Assembly (NCBI GenBank): GCA_903944345.1
Contig: CAJARJ010000013.1
Coordinates: forward strand, 58,672-122,671
Source: Candidatus Omnitrophota bacterium
GTDB taxonomy: Bacteria; Omnitrophota; Gorgyraeia; Zapsychrales; Fredricksoniimonadaceae
Direction of reading: 5' to 3'
DNA length: 64,000 nucleotides
This document shows positions 50,988 to 59,797 of the stretch, one piece after another (within the stretch, counting starts at the first letter, position 1; each line of letters starts with the position of its first letter). The notes under the pieces are model-generated. The model saw nothing but the letters and a program-made list of their open reading frames with translations, was not told the origin of the DNA and ran no database searches. Made by a program: the position numbers and the translations under genes.

Positions 50988-52832
50988 CTAGTTTCCGGCG
51001 GCAATAATCCGGGCCAGGCAACGGATAAGCATTTCTTCATCCATTACCTGAGTCGCGCGATGAAGCAGGCGCAAATCGCGGTGCAGTTCAGCTCGGTCGT
51101 AACGCACTCCAGAGCGGCTGACAAAAATCTTGTTGTTCCGGGTGGTGGCATCCTTCTCGCGATCCAGTAAAAGCTCCTCTTCCAGCTTCTCGCCCGGTCT
51201 CAACCCGGTGTATTGCAGGCGAATATCCTTGTCTATGGTCAGTCCCGAGAGGGCAATCAGATTGCGTGCGATCTCGACCACCTTGATCTGTTCGCCCATA
51301 TCCAGAATAAACAATTCACCCCCGGTCCCCAATGCCCCGGCCTGCAAGACCAGCATACAGGCTTCGCGAATGCTCATAAAATAGCGTTTAACGTCCGGGT
51401 GCGTAATGGTCACCGGACCGCCTTTCTCAATTTGCGCCTTAAAAAGCGGCACCACAGATCCTGCCGATCCCAGCACATTGCCAAAGCGAACCGCCATAAA
51501 ACGTGTATGGCTGCGCACCGCACGCGCCTGCATAATCATCTCGGCCACACGTTTGGACATGCCCATGACATTGGAAGGGTTCACCGCCTTGTCGGTAGAA
51601 ATCATGACAAACCGCTCGACCTTGTAGTGATGACTGGCATAGATCAGGTTACGGGTGCCAAAAATATTGTTTTTGACCGCAGCCGACGGGCTGTCTTCCA
51701 TAAGCGGCACATGCTTGTGCGCCGCCGCATGAAAAACCACCTGCGGGGCCATGCGGCTGAAAATATGCTTGAGCAAACCGACATCACGCACATCGCCCAC
51801 TACCGTGCGGATCCGGACTCCTGGGTAAAGCTGGCGCAGTTCAAGCAACAGAAAATAAAGCGAATTCTCATAATGATCGAACATGATCAGCTCTTTGGGG
51901 CCAAACGAAGCCGCCTGACGGCAAATTTCGGAACCTATCGAGCCGCCAGCACCGGTAACCAGAAGAACCTTGCCTCGCACATACTGCTCGATCTCGGCCG
52001 TATTGATAGAAACCGTTTCGCGCCCCAGCAAATCCTCCGGGCGTACTTCGCGCGGCCGGACTTCCATCTCGCCGGAGATGATCTTGCCCAGGCCAGGAAC
52101 CACACGGATACGGGCTGTGGACTGCTCGCAAAAAGACAGGATACCGCGCACAGTCTCGCCTTCTGCTGACGGGATCGCCAGAATAATCTCGTCGATGGAA
52201 CGCTCTCTCACTATGCGGGGAATATCGTGACGATACCCAAGGATTTCAATTCCGGAAATACTGGTGCGCTGCTTGAAGCGGTCATCATCTATAAAGCCTA
52301 CGACCACCCCCATACAGGGATTGCGCTGATATTCCCCCAGCAAAAGAAGTCCGGCTTCACCGGCGCCTACGATCAGAATCCTGCGCAAAGCGGCGGAACC
52401 TGAACAGCGCCGGGCCAGAAATTCGCGGAGCACGCGCGTAAATACACGTAACCCGCCCATAAAAATAATGGAAATACCAAGATCCATCACCAGAATAGAA
52501 CGCGGAAAACCGTCCAGACGGAAAAAGAAAACCTCAGCGATAAGAAAAGTTGCCGTTGCAGCCAGATTCCCTTTAAAGATATTCCACAAATCGGTGATGT
52601 TTACATAGCGCCATATCCCTGAATAAAGCCCGAAAAACCAGAACACCGGCAGTTTGACCAGAAGAAGGAGCGGCAGACGCGCATCAAAAATAGACTGGTA
52701 TTCCGGCGCGATATGGAACTCGAAGCGCAAAAGAAAAGCCAGCCAGAAAGACAGGCCGACAATCCCCATGTAAAAGAAAAGAATAAAAATCCGCCGGTAC
52801 TGAAAGAATAAATTATGTGCTGTCTTTTTCAT
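50988..52832 (-). CDS. Membrane-bound nucleotide-sugar 4,6-dehydratase/epimerase (CapD/WbpM/PglF-like polysaccharide biosynthesis protein)
   Basis: 614 aa; four N-terminal transmembrane segments; VTGAGGSIGSEICRQ Rossmann motif; ..HAAAHKHVP.. (YxxxK region); convergent with P3, 10-bp gap. Confidence 0.85.
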   Translation of the reverse strand: MKKTAHNLFFQYRRIFILFFYMGIVGLSFWLAFLLRFEFHIAPEYQSIFDARLPLLLLVKLPVFWFFGLYSGIWRYVNITDLWNIFKGNLAATATFLIAEVFFFRLDGFPRSILVMDLGISIIFMGGLRVFTRVLREFLARRCSGSAALRRILIVGAGEAGLLLLGEYQRNPCMGVVVGFIDDDRFKQRTSISGIEILGYRHDIPRIVRERSIDEIILAIPSAEGETVRGILSFCEQSTARIRVVPGLGKIISGEMEVRPREVRPEDLLGRETVSINTAEIEQYVRGKVLLVTGAGGSIGSEICRQAASFGPKELIMFDHYENSLYFLLLELRQLYPGVRIRTVVGDVRDVGLLKHIFSRMAPQVVFHAAAHKHVPLMEDSPSAAVKNNIFGTRNLIYASHHYKVERFVMISTDKAVNPSNVMGMSKRVAEMIMQARAVRSHTRFMAVRFGNVLGSAGSVVPLFKAQIEKGGPVTITHPDVKRYFMSIREACMLVLQAGALGTGGELFILDMGEQIKVVEIARNLIALSGLTIDKDIRLQYTGLRPGEKLEEELLLDREKDATTRNNKIFVSRSGVRYDRAELHRDLRLLHRATQVMDEEMLIRCLARIIAAGN

Positions 52833-52936
52833 ATAAAGCCCTGCTGATTAAGAAGATTGACTGCCAAAATGATTCTTAAGTATACCAGAAACATTTTAAT
52901 TCATTTTTAATTAGTGTTTTTAATTCGTGTTAATTC

Positions 52937-52954
52937 GTGACACACACAATTGTT
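52937..52954. repeat. IR-element left arm GTGACACACACAATTGTT, preceded by two TAATTCGTG sub-repeats
   Basis: Perfect reverse complement of 54093..54110; the same family as the other eight copies below. Confidence 0.7.
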
Positions 52955-53043
52955 TTGTCACATTTTATACATTAATAGCACATTTAGTATCATATTTTGT
53001 CTAAGATATGATGACAAACAAAAAATGATCTTATATCAAAAAA

Positions 53044-54006
53044 TCAGTGCCTTCCTAATTTAATGAACCCGGAGATAATTTTTGCCACCGTATCTGTTCC
53101 CTGCGGAGCACGCAAGTCCCCGGCCAGGACATGATTTTCGGAATGATCAAAACTCCGGACGGCAACAAGCTTTTTATCATCCCGCGGAATACGCTTAAAC
53201 GCTCTGCTAGCCGGTCCGGGATCAACCAAACGATCCTCAGGCGAATAAATAACCAGCAGAGGGCGATGTATCTTTTCCCAGGCGGCTTGGCGCGCAAAAG
53301 CCGCCAAAAGCCCCGGCGTAACCAACGCCCCGGAGGGATACTGTGTCGTCCAATAGCGATTGATAAGAGGATTGTCGGAAACTCGGGAATACTGCGGCCC
53401 AACCACCAGCCTGGCGATCTGAGCGCCCCACGGCCCGGATAAAAGACCCGATAAAGGATGCCTGAACCCCAGCGCCGGAGAAAGAAGAACATACGCCAGC
53501 ACATCGTCGTTACCCTCAAGCGTTGCCAGCCAGGCTGCCAGCGCCCCGCCCGAGGAGTTACCAATAACAATTACTTTTTCGCCAATTCTACGGCCGACAG
53601 CCAGAGCCTCAAGTGTGTCCTGCAAGAAATCTTCCACCCGGGCAGACGCCAGGCTCTCCCCACCAAGACCATGTCCCCTCAGACGTGTGTAAAACACGTT
53701 GGCTCCCCATTCTTCAGCCAGACGCTCGCATAAAGGAAAAGTATCCTGACGTGAAGACGAAAAACCGTGCAGATAAACTATAGAAACCGACGTTTTCTCC
53801 CCGGGTGCAGCGGCCCAGGAAACAGATTTTTCAGTTCCCGGAATCACAGCCGGATACGAAGCCTCACGATGCAATAAATAAGTCACAATATCTTGCTCAG
53901 GCAAAAAATCAATTGCAACCGATCTAAAATGCACCCGCGCCCGAGGCCCGGCCAAAAATAAAACAACCAACGCACAAAGAAAGAAAACTATTTTAGAGAC
54001 ACCCAT
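53044..54006 (-). CDS. Secreted alpha/beta-hydrolase (esterase/lipase-like)
   Basis: Signal peptide; HGFSSS; nucleophile elbow GNSSGG (GxSxG); C-terminal Asp/His region; bracketed by the perfect 18-bp inverted repeat. Confidence 0.75.
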   Translation of the reverse strand: MGVSKIVFFLCALVVLFLAGPRARVHFRSVAIDFLPEQDIVTYLLHREASYPAVIPGTEKSVSWAAAPGEKTSVSIVYLHGFSSSRQDTFPLCERLAEEWGANVFYTRLRGHGLGGESLASARVEDFLQDTLEALAVGRRIGEKVIVIGNSSGGALAAWLATLEGNDDVLAYVLLSPALGFRHPLSGLLSGPWGAQIARLVVGPQYSRVSDNPLINRYWTTQYPSGALVTPGLLAAFARQAAWEKIHRPLLVIYSPEDRLVDPGPASRAFKRIPRDDKKLVAVRSFDHSENHVLAGDLRAPQGTDTVAKIISGFIKLGRH

Positions 54007-54092
54007 AATTGTTTTTTTATATCGCTGGCCACATTAGTAATTTAATTCACTAAACAACTAGATATGTTGAATAATGTTAATAAATGCTTGAA

Positions 54093-54110
54093 AACAATTG
54101 TGTGTGTCAC
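54093..54110. repeat. IR-element right arm AACAATTGTGTGTGTCAC
   Basis: Perfect inverted partner of 52937..52954, 87 bp upstream of the hydrolase ATG. Confidence 0.7.
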
Positions 54111-54113
54111 CGA

Positions 54114-55142
54114 TTAAACTATCCGGGCGCGAAGGTCGTGGAAAACTTCGTCCAGAGAACCGGCATGAGCTGAGCGGATTTCCTGGAGCTGACGCGCAAC
54201 CTCGTTACGCAGACGCGGGGAACGCAGGTCATCCAGCTTCTGGCACAAGCCAAGCCGCCGAGCGAGCGTAAAATAAATACGCTCTTCTTCGGGAAGTTCA
54301 AGGTAGCGATCCATCAATCCCAAAAGTGCAGGCTTGTCCTGAGGAAACTGTCCCCTGGCTTCCAGCAAAAGATCAACAGCATGATGGTTGGCGTAATGAC
54401 TGGTAATGCCTTCCAGTGCCGCAATCAGCATTTTTTGTTCTTCAATAATATTCTTTTCTGTCTGCAGGGTAAATTCCCCGGCCTGCATCTGGCGAAACAA
54501 ACCTGAACCAGGTTTAACACCGATAGTAAGAACCCGGATAAAATCCGGATTGATTTCATTCAACACCCTGGCTGTTTCACGAGCGTGCTCCTGCCACAAT
54601 TCCTGCCCGCCGAGCCCCAGGATAATAAATTCCGAAACCGACATTCCCGCCTCTTTGGCCCTGCGTCCGGAAACAGCAATATCAGTGGCCGTAGCCCCTT
54701 TGTTGACCTTCTTGAGTACCGTATCCGACCCCGACTCCATTCCGCAGTAGAGCTTGTTGAGTCCGGCACGGCACATATCCTGCATTTCTTCCGGTGACTT
54801 GCGGATCATGGTCTGGGCTCGACCGTAACTGCTGATGCGTTTCAGCTGCGGGAACCTCTGCCGCAAAAAGCCGAGCAATTCCAGAAGATCGGCGGTTTTC
54901 ATCAAAAAACTGTCGCCATCCTGAAGAAAACATGTTTCAAAAGCGTGCCCCCGGTAATATTCTGCCGCGGCATCAATATCGCCTTTTATTTCGTCGAGCG
55001 TCCGCAGGGAAAACTTCATGTCCCTGTAGTTGACGCAAAACTCGCACTTGTTCCAAGGGCAGCCGCGCGTAGTACGCACAAGCAGACTTTCAGCCTCGTC
55101 TACCGGACGAATAGGCCCCAGTTCAAACGGCGGATTATTCAT
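54114..55142 (-). CDS. Radical SAM domain protein (unusual Cx4Cx2C cluster motif), coupled to paralog P4
   Basis: ..TTRGCPWNKCEFC.. near the N-terminus; 342 aa; the ATG lies 2 nt after the P4 stop codon (TAA-AT-ATG). Confidence 0.7.
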   Translation of the reverse strand: MNNPPFELGPIRPVDEAESLLVRTTRGCPWNKCEFCVNYRDMKFSLRTLDEIKGDIDAAAEYYRGHAFETCFLQDGDSFLMKTADLLELLGFLRQRFPQLKRISSYGRAQTMIRKSPEEMQDMCRAGLNKLYCGMESGSDTVLKKVNKGATATDIAVSGRRAKEAGMSVSEFIILGLGGQELWQEHARETARVLNEINPDFIRVLTIGVKPGSGLFRQMQAGEFTLQTEKNIIEEQKMLIAALEGITSHYANHHAVDLLLEARGQFPQDKPALLGLMDRYLELPEEERIYFTLARRLGLCQKLDDLRSPRLRNEVARQLQEIRSAHAGSLDEVFHDLRARIV

Positions 55143-55144
55143 AT

Positions 55145-58100
55145 TTAAAACCTCACAAAATCCGTTAGCGCGGCCTGCGCGGTAACACCAACAATAACCG
55201 GAACAATCCCCGTTGCATGCTGACGCAGCTGCTGCATGGTTTCTTCACTCAGCTCAAAGACTGAAGCCGATGCCAGATCATACCCCGATCCAGCCGCTCT
55301 TTCAATCAGAAGCCTGATATTATCCGGATTAAGATCGATACCACCCGGAGTTAATGCTGACTGGGCGTGATCGGCTCCTACAACAACCTGTCGCGCCCGG
55401 GCAAGCGCCTCATTATTGTTCCTGTACCCTCTGAGATACTCCTTGAACTCAGGCGGCATACTGTTGCTGTTGGCTGACTGCTTGAAATCGGCGATCGGCC
55501 CGGCGGCAACAACAACCAGACGACGGCGGCCATAGGCGCGCTCAAGAACAGCCCGTAAAGCCGGATGATCAGAAATTTCATCGGAATGCCCTGAAAAAAA
55601 ACTGTCCAGACGCGCACCAAAGGCTTCCGCAGTCCCGTCATCCTGAAAAACCCACAAATCTTTCTCCCTGAGCTTGACCATAAGCCCGTCAGTCACAAGC
55701 CGGTTCAATATTCCGGTCCCTTCATAGCCCAACTCGTTAAGGGTGGCCGAGGACACCATCCCCGAAAGCACAACATAAACACTTATCGACTGCCCCTTGC
55801 TCTGAAGGCGTTCAATGTGCGGCAAGCCATTCTGGTTGGAATCAATCTTGCCTTCCAGAAAATCATTGATCAACCCCTCAATCACGCGCCGCTCGCGCGG
55901 TTGCTGCAAATAGTCACCATTCACCCATCCTCCGTCGACAACCGCGACATCATATCCTTTGATCCGCAAAGGCTGCTCCTGTTTTAAATACCGCTCGGGC
56001 GTAACACCCCAGAGCTTCCAGTAACCCTGCAGAACACTTTGCTCAATCTGCATCTGCCTGCTCATATGCGGTAGAAGTTTGTCGTACCCTTCCCGTGCAA
56101 GCCGACCATTCTTGACTATGGTTCGTGTTTCGGAGAGAGCATTAAAATAAGCTTCGCCATTGCCCTCGCTATCCAGAAAACGCCGCACAGACTCCGGCGG
56201 AGCTTGCGCCGAACGGGCCAACGTACTGACCACATCAGCATAATTCCCCTCGTACTGCAATCCGGAAGCAAGAATACCGTCAAGTCCCTCGGAGATGAGA
56301 ACCCCTTCCTCAATGGCAGCAGACTCCTCGTCCTGCCAGGGAATTTCGACGAAAGCCAGAAAACGCGAACCCATGCTACCCTCGGGCCGCCAACGATCAA
56401 TATCCTCAAAGGTCAGACCCTGCGCTTTGGAGGCAAGAAATACCCGTTCTGGCGTTACATTGACTCCACTCCGGGCAAGACTGATAACCGCGTCCAGCAG
56501 ACGTGTATCCTCGGGCTCCAGCTGCAGAATCTCTGCCTCGCCCAGAATAAAAGCCAGCTTGTCTGCAGGCGGTTCCCCGTTAGAAAACCCCGAAGATTCC
56601 CGCAAAAACCTGGTGACCCAGGTATTCATCCACAATCCAAAGCGCTCTCTGAGTGCCGCTTGCAATATTTTACGATCAACCTGTGCATCGGTAATATCTG
56701 TAAAAGCCAAATCATTCTTGTACTGACGCACCACCTTGCGCAAAACATCTTTAAGGCTGGTACCTGGACGGGCATGCTTTATCATGACCTCGTAATGACG
56801 AATCATGCGCTCAATCAACGGGCGCTGCAAAGGAGACGGGGCTACCGGGCGAGAAACCTCTATGGTTTTCTTGATCTTCTCGGTCCTGGCATAGGACTGC
56901 AGAAACAAATCCACATTATAGTACCCGGCTTCAAACAAAAGATCCGCAACCCGTCTTTCCACATCCACAAATTGCTTCTTATGCCGCGGCTGGGGAATAT
57001 CCTGCTCCCGGATATTGGCCAAAACCTGTAACAAGTCTTGCCACCGTGAACTTCTGATAATATCCGAGAGTTCCTCCTCAAGCTGTCCTCTTCTGAAAGG
57101 ATTCGGAATCCAGGAATCTTCTCCCAGGTCTTCGATAAATATAAGATCTTTCAACGGGAGCGGTTCAGCAACAAATGCGGCGAACAAACGCAGAAACAAC
57201 AGGCCCCTGCGGGCTTCCTGAATAATCTGCTGATTTTTTGATCTCCCGCCTTCGGCCAGAATCTCGAGCAATTTATTACCGACTGCAGCCGTCTTATCCT
57301 GCGCGCCAAACGCCTCCTGGAACTTTAAGAGCAGTCCGGAAGAAAGATCCTCTTTCCTGAAAACTTTCAGCATTTTCTCCAACCCCAGCCACTCTTCCAT
57401 ATTGACTTTAGAAAATAAATGCCCCATTCTCATAACAAGTGCCTGACGGAATTCCACAACATCCAGATCCTTGAGAAATTCGACTACCAGCCCGGCGAAT
57501 TCAAAAGACTTTCCCTTTACAATCGCGTTTTCAATCTTTTCAAGCTGCGGACGCAACTTCTTGATCTGCCCCTTGTGCTTGGGAAGAAATATGGCCGAGT
57601 CCCGTGTAAAGTCTGCAACATTATAATGAAGCCCCCCTTGCATCTTGATCCCCTGCGCGGCGTCGGTCTGAACCTGCAGATCAGAAGAGACCCTGTAATA
57701 ATCCCGCGTGTCCGCAGGAAGGTCCAAATCCATCGCGGCGTCGCCATTGAGAATCACTCCGCCGGACATATATTTGCGGGGGATAGTGTCGCCATTCCAG
57801 GGGTCAGTTTCTTCCCGAATCAGGTTAAAAACACCCTGCCTGAAACTGTCCATATAAGCTGTCCAGACCGTTTCGGCAGAAACCCTCCCGAAGCTGTCCA
57901 TCCCCTGCGTTTTACGGCTGTCAGAGTACACCCGCGCCACAACAGAATCATACAGCTTTTTCTTGTACCACGTGGCCAATACCAGACAGCGATAAATCTC
58001 TCTCACCCTGGCAAAACGCGGGCTTTCATTAACCTCGCGCTCAAGAGCGGGTATAACCACTTCGCGCATGGCACGTAAAGCCGCGGTACGCGCCGGATTG

Positions 58101-58900
58101 TTATATCCCGGACCAATTTCAGCCGAAAACTGCGGATAAGCCGCCGAAGCCCTGTAATCGTCCTCAAGCAAAACCTTCAGACGAGTTTCCGTCACAACTG
58201 CAGCAGCACCCGGCGCGGCGACGTCCCGGGAAAAGTTTTCAAAAATACGCGCGCTGTCAGAAGTTATCCAGACCTTGTTGAAGGTATCAACCGGCAAATC
58301 GGTTGTGCCAAACTTTTCGTGCAAATCAGCATAGACACCGGCCCAAAAAGCTTTCCCCTGGCTGTCGTCAGGATGAACCAACTCGGCGGCCACGCGCTTG
58401 AGCAAATAATCCATAACCAGCAAGTCCTGCCCCATGCCTGTTCGCGCGAGGTCCGGGGTCGTCACCCGGTCTTTTTCATAGGGGGAAAGATTGATCCACA
58501 AATCCTGGGGAGGAATAACCAGCGAAGAAAGAAAGTACCTGATCTGACGAAGGGAGTCCTGGCTGTTATCAATCTCGGAACTCCCCCAGGCAGCATTGCG
58601 CTCGAAAATGAAATCCATCCGTAAAGGATTGCGGGGGTCAACCCTGACACCCTTCATGATCACGCCGGAGGGGGCTGTAATATCTTCAAGCAGAGGATCG
58701 CCGGGCAACGCAAGTGGAAGAACAGATTGTGCGCTAACAGGAACTACGGAGCCCAAAAAAAGGATGGCGCACAAAAATAACCGGAAGAAAATTCCGAAAG
58801 GTGAAAGCATCTGGCCAGAACAATTTAGAAGTGACATGGTTTTTGACAAATCCGGGTTAAAACTACAGGAAAGTATAATATATTTTAAGCTTTCCTGCAC
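55145..58900 (-). CDS. Family paralog P4 (about 1,230-1,251 aa): signal peptide, conserved N-domain, long unique central region, C-terminal GGIDLN module
   Basis: ..GVRVDPRNPLRMDF..WINLSPYEKDRVTTPDL..LLVMDYLLKR..FGTTDLPVDTFNKVWITSD..LKVLLEDD..REVVIPALEREVN..LVLATWYK..PRKYMSGG..; ends ..LTPGGIDLNPDN..IVPVIVGV... The track ORF starts at a GTG at 58900; ATGs at 58837 and 58810 are alternatives (the signal peptide follows 58810). Confidence 0.8.
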   Translation of the reverse strand: MQESLKYIILSCSFNPDLSKTMSLLNCSGQMLSPFGIFFRLFLCAILFLGSVVPVSAQSVLPLALPGDPLLEDITAPSGVIMKGVRVDPRNPLRMDFIFERNAAWGSSEIDNSQDSLRQIRYFLSSLVIPPQDLWINLSPYEKDRVTTPDLARTGMGQDLLVMDYLLKRVAAELVHPDDSQGKAFWAGVYADLHEKFGTTDLPVDTFNKVWITSDSARIFENFSRDVAAPGAAAVVTETRLKVLLEDDYRASAAYPQFSAEIGPGYNNPARTAALRAMREVVIPALEREVNESPRFARVREIYRCLVLATWYKKKLYDSVVARVYSDSRKTQGMDSFGRVSAETVWTAYMDSFRQGVFNLIREETDPWNGDTIPRKYMSGGVILNGDAAMDLDLPADTRDYYRVSSDLQVQTDAAQGIKMQGGLHYNVADFTRDSAIFLPKHKGQIKKLRPQLEKIENAIVKGKSFEFAGLVVEFLKDLDVVEFRQALVMRMGHLFSKVNMEEWLGLEKMLKVFRKEDLSSGLLLKFQEAFGAQDKTAAVGNKLLEILAEGGRSKNQQIIQEARRGLLFLRLFAAFVAEPLPLKDLIFIEDLGEDSWIPNPFRRGQLEEELSDIIRSSRWQDLLQVLANIREQDIPQPRHKKQFVDVERRVADLLFEAGYYNVDLFLQSYARTEKIKKTIEVSRPVAPSPLQRPLIERMIRHYEVMIKHARPGTSLKDVLRKVVRQYKNDLAFTDITDAQVDRKILQAALRERFGLWMNTWVTRFLRESSGFSNGEPPADKLAFILGEAEILQLEPEDTRLLDAVISLARSGVNVTPERVFLASKAQGLTFEDIDRWRPEGSMGSRFLAFVEIPWQDEESAAIEEGVLISEGLDGILASGLQYEGNYADVVSTLARSAQAPPESVRRFLDSEGNGEAYFNALSETRTIVKNGRLAREGYDKLLPHMSRQMQIEQSVLQGYWKLWGVTPERYLKQEQPLRIKGYDVAVVDGGWVNGDYLQQPRERRVIEGLINDFLEGKIDSNQNGLPHIERLQSKGQSISVYVVLSGMVSSATLNELGYEGTGILNRLVTDGLMVKLREKDLWVFQDDGTAEAFGARLDSFFSGHSDEISDHPALRAVLERAYGRRRLVVVAAGPIADFKQSANSNSMPPEFKEYLRGYRNNNEALARARQVVVGADHAQSALTPGGIDLNPDNIRLLIERAAGSGYDLASASVFELSEETMQQLRQHATGIVPVIVGVTAQAALTDFVRF

Positions 58901-58919
58901 ATTATCCGGATCAGATCGA

Positions 58920-59549
58920 CTAACTTGCGGTAGCCGTGATCGTCAAAACACCTTCATAGACTCCGGCAACATCACTCAGGGTAAAGGGGACGGCACCCGC
59001 CGGGTCGGTAGCATCTCCACTCGCCAGCTGCAAATGAACAATCAGCGCTGTGCTACTACCCATCTCTTCAGGCGTAACCTGTTCGTTTATAACATCTTTT
59101 AACAGTTTTCTGGGGCCATGATCGGGCAGATCAACTGTAATACTCTGATTACCTCTATAAACAAATCGCTTAAACCAGGCCACAGTGTGCCACCCTAACC
59201 CCTTGCCGGTTTGTCCGTTAGGATTTCTACTTTCCGCATAAGTGAGCGTGGCATTTATACTCCCTACCCAACCGATAGGAGTGATGGAAATAACGAACGT
59301 GTTGGGTGACTTATAAATATTCTGAGCAGAATCAAACTGCAGGGCGCCAAAATCAAGGGAACCACTCTCGGGTAAAACGTCCACATTCTCGCCGCGGGCA
59401 GCGGAAACCATGATCCCTGCTTGAGAAGGAACATAAGCTCCCAGATTAAAAGACTGCTCATCCGCCTGCAAAATTCCGCAAGTCAAAAGAACAAAAAAGA
59501 AAATTAACCGGGCAATTAATTGGTGACACACAGAATTGTTTTCTAACAT
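58920..59549 (-). CDS. Hypothetical small secreted protein (209 aa), first gene of the P4 operon
   Basis: ATG at 59549; signal peptide LIARLIFFFVLLTCGILQA; the first 9 codons are encoded by the IR element (MLENNSVCHQ is the reverse complement of ..TGGTGACACACAGAATTGTTTTCTAACAT). Confidence 0.5.
   Translation of the reverse strand: MLENNSVCHQLIARLIFFFVLLTCGILQADEQSFNLGAYVPSQAGIMVSAARGENVDVLPESGSLDFGALQFDSAQNIYKSPNTFVISITPIGWVGSINATLTYAESRNPNGQTGKGLGWHTVAWFKRFVYRGNQSITVDLPDHGPRKLLKDVINEQVTPEEMGSSTALIVHLQLASGDATDPAGAVPFTLSDVAGVYEGVLTITATAS
59523..59540. repeat. IR-element left arm GTGACACACAGAATTGTT (preceded by AATTAATTGGTGA)
   Basis: Left end of a MITE-like unit of about 116 bp, 59523..59638. 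Confidence 0.7.
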
Positions 59550-59620
59550 TCTTTACACAAGTTATACAACATACAGTTTTCAATTATTACATTGTAATAA
59601 AACGCAATTAAATGTCAAAG

Positions 59621-59638
59621 AATAATTCTGTGTGTCAC
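59621..59638. repeat. IR-element right arm AATAATTCTGTGTGTCAC
   Basis: Inverted partner, one mismatch; the internal sequence begins TTCTAACATTCTTTACA and ends ATGTCAAAG, like the 62189..62305 copy. Confidence 0.7.
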
Positions 59639-59695
59639 TAATTATTGCTAATTATTCTTTTTAATATAACAATAGAATGTGATAAAATGTTAAAT

Positions 59696-59713
59696 AATAA
59701 TTCTGTGTGTCAC
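59696..59713. repeat. Second right-arm copy AATAATTCTGTGTGTCAC(CAATTAA), 85 bp upstream of the P5 ATG
   Basis: Solo arm, or a tandem arrangement with 59621. Confidence 0.65.
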
Positions 59714-59797
59714 CAATTAACACAACTGCCCGCTGGGGCAAGGAGAATAAAGATTCGCTTTACAACTCAAGACTGATTAACAAAAGGAGAAACAGGC

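Noticed and set aside
59514-59541. Sigma-54 promoter (TGGCAC-N5-TTGC) reading of TTGGTGACACACAGAATTGTT
   Set aside because: The GG and the nearest G in TTGT are not spaced at the obligatory 10-bp -24/-12 geometry and the GC dinucleotide is absent. The motif is better explained as a repeat-element arm.
59523-59549. Moving the start of the 58920..59549 gene downstream so that it does not overlap the repeat arm
   Set aside because: There is no alternative in-frame start before the signal peptide. ATG at 59549 gives a normal n-region plus hydrophobic core, so the overlap with the arm appears real.
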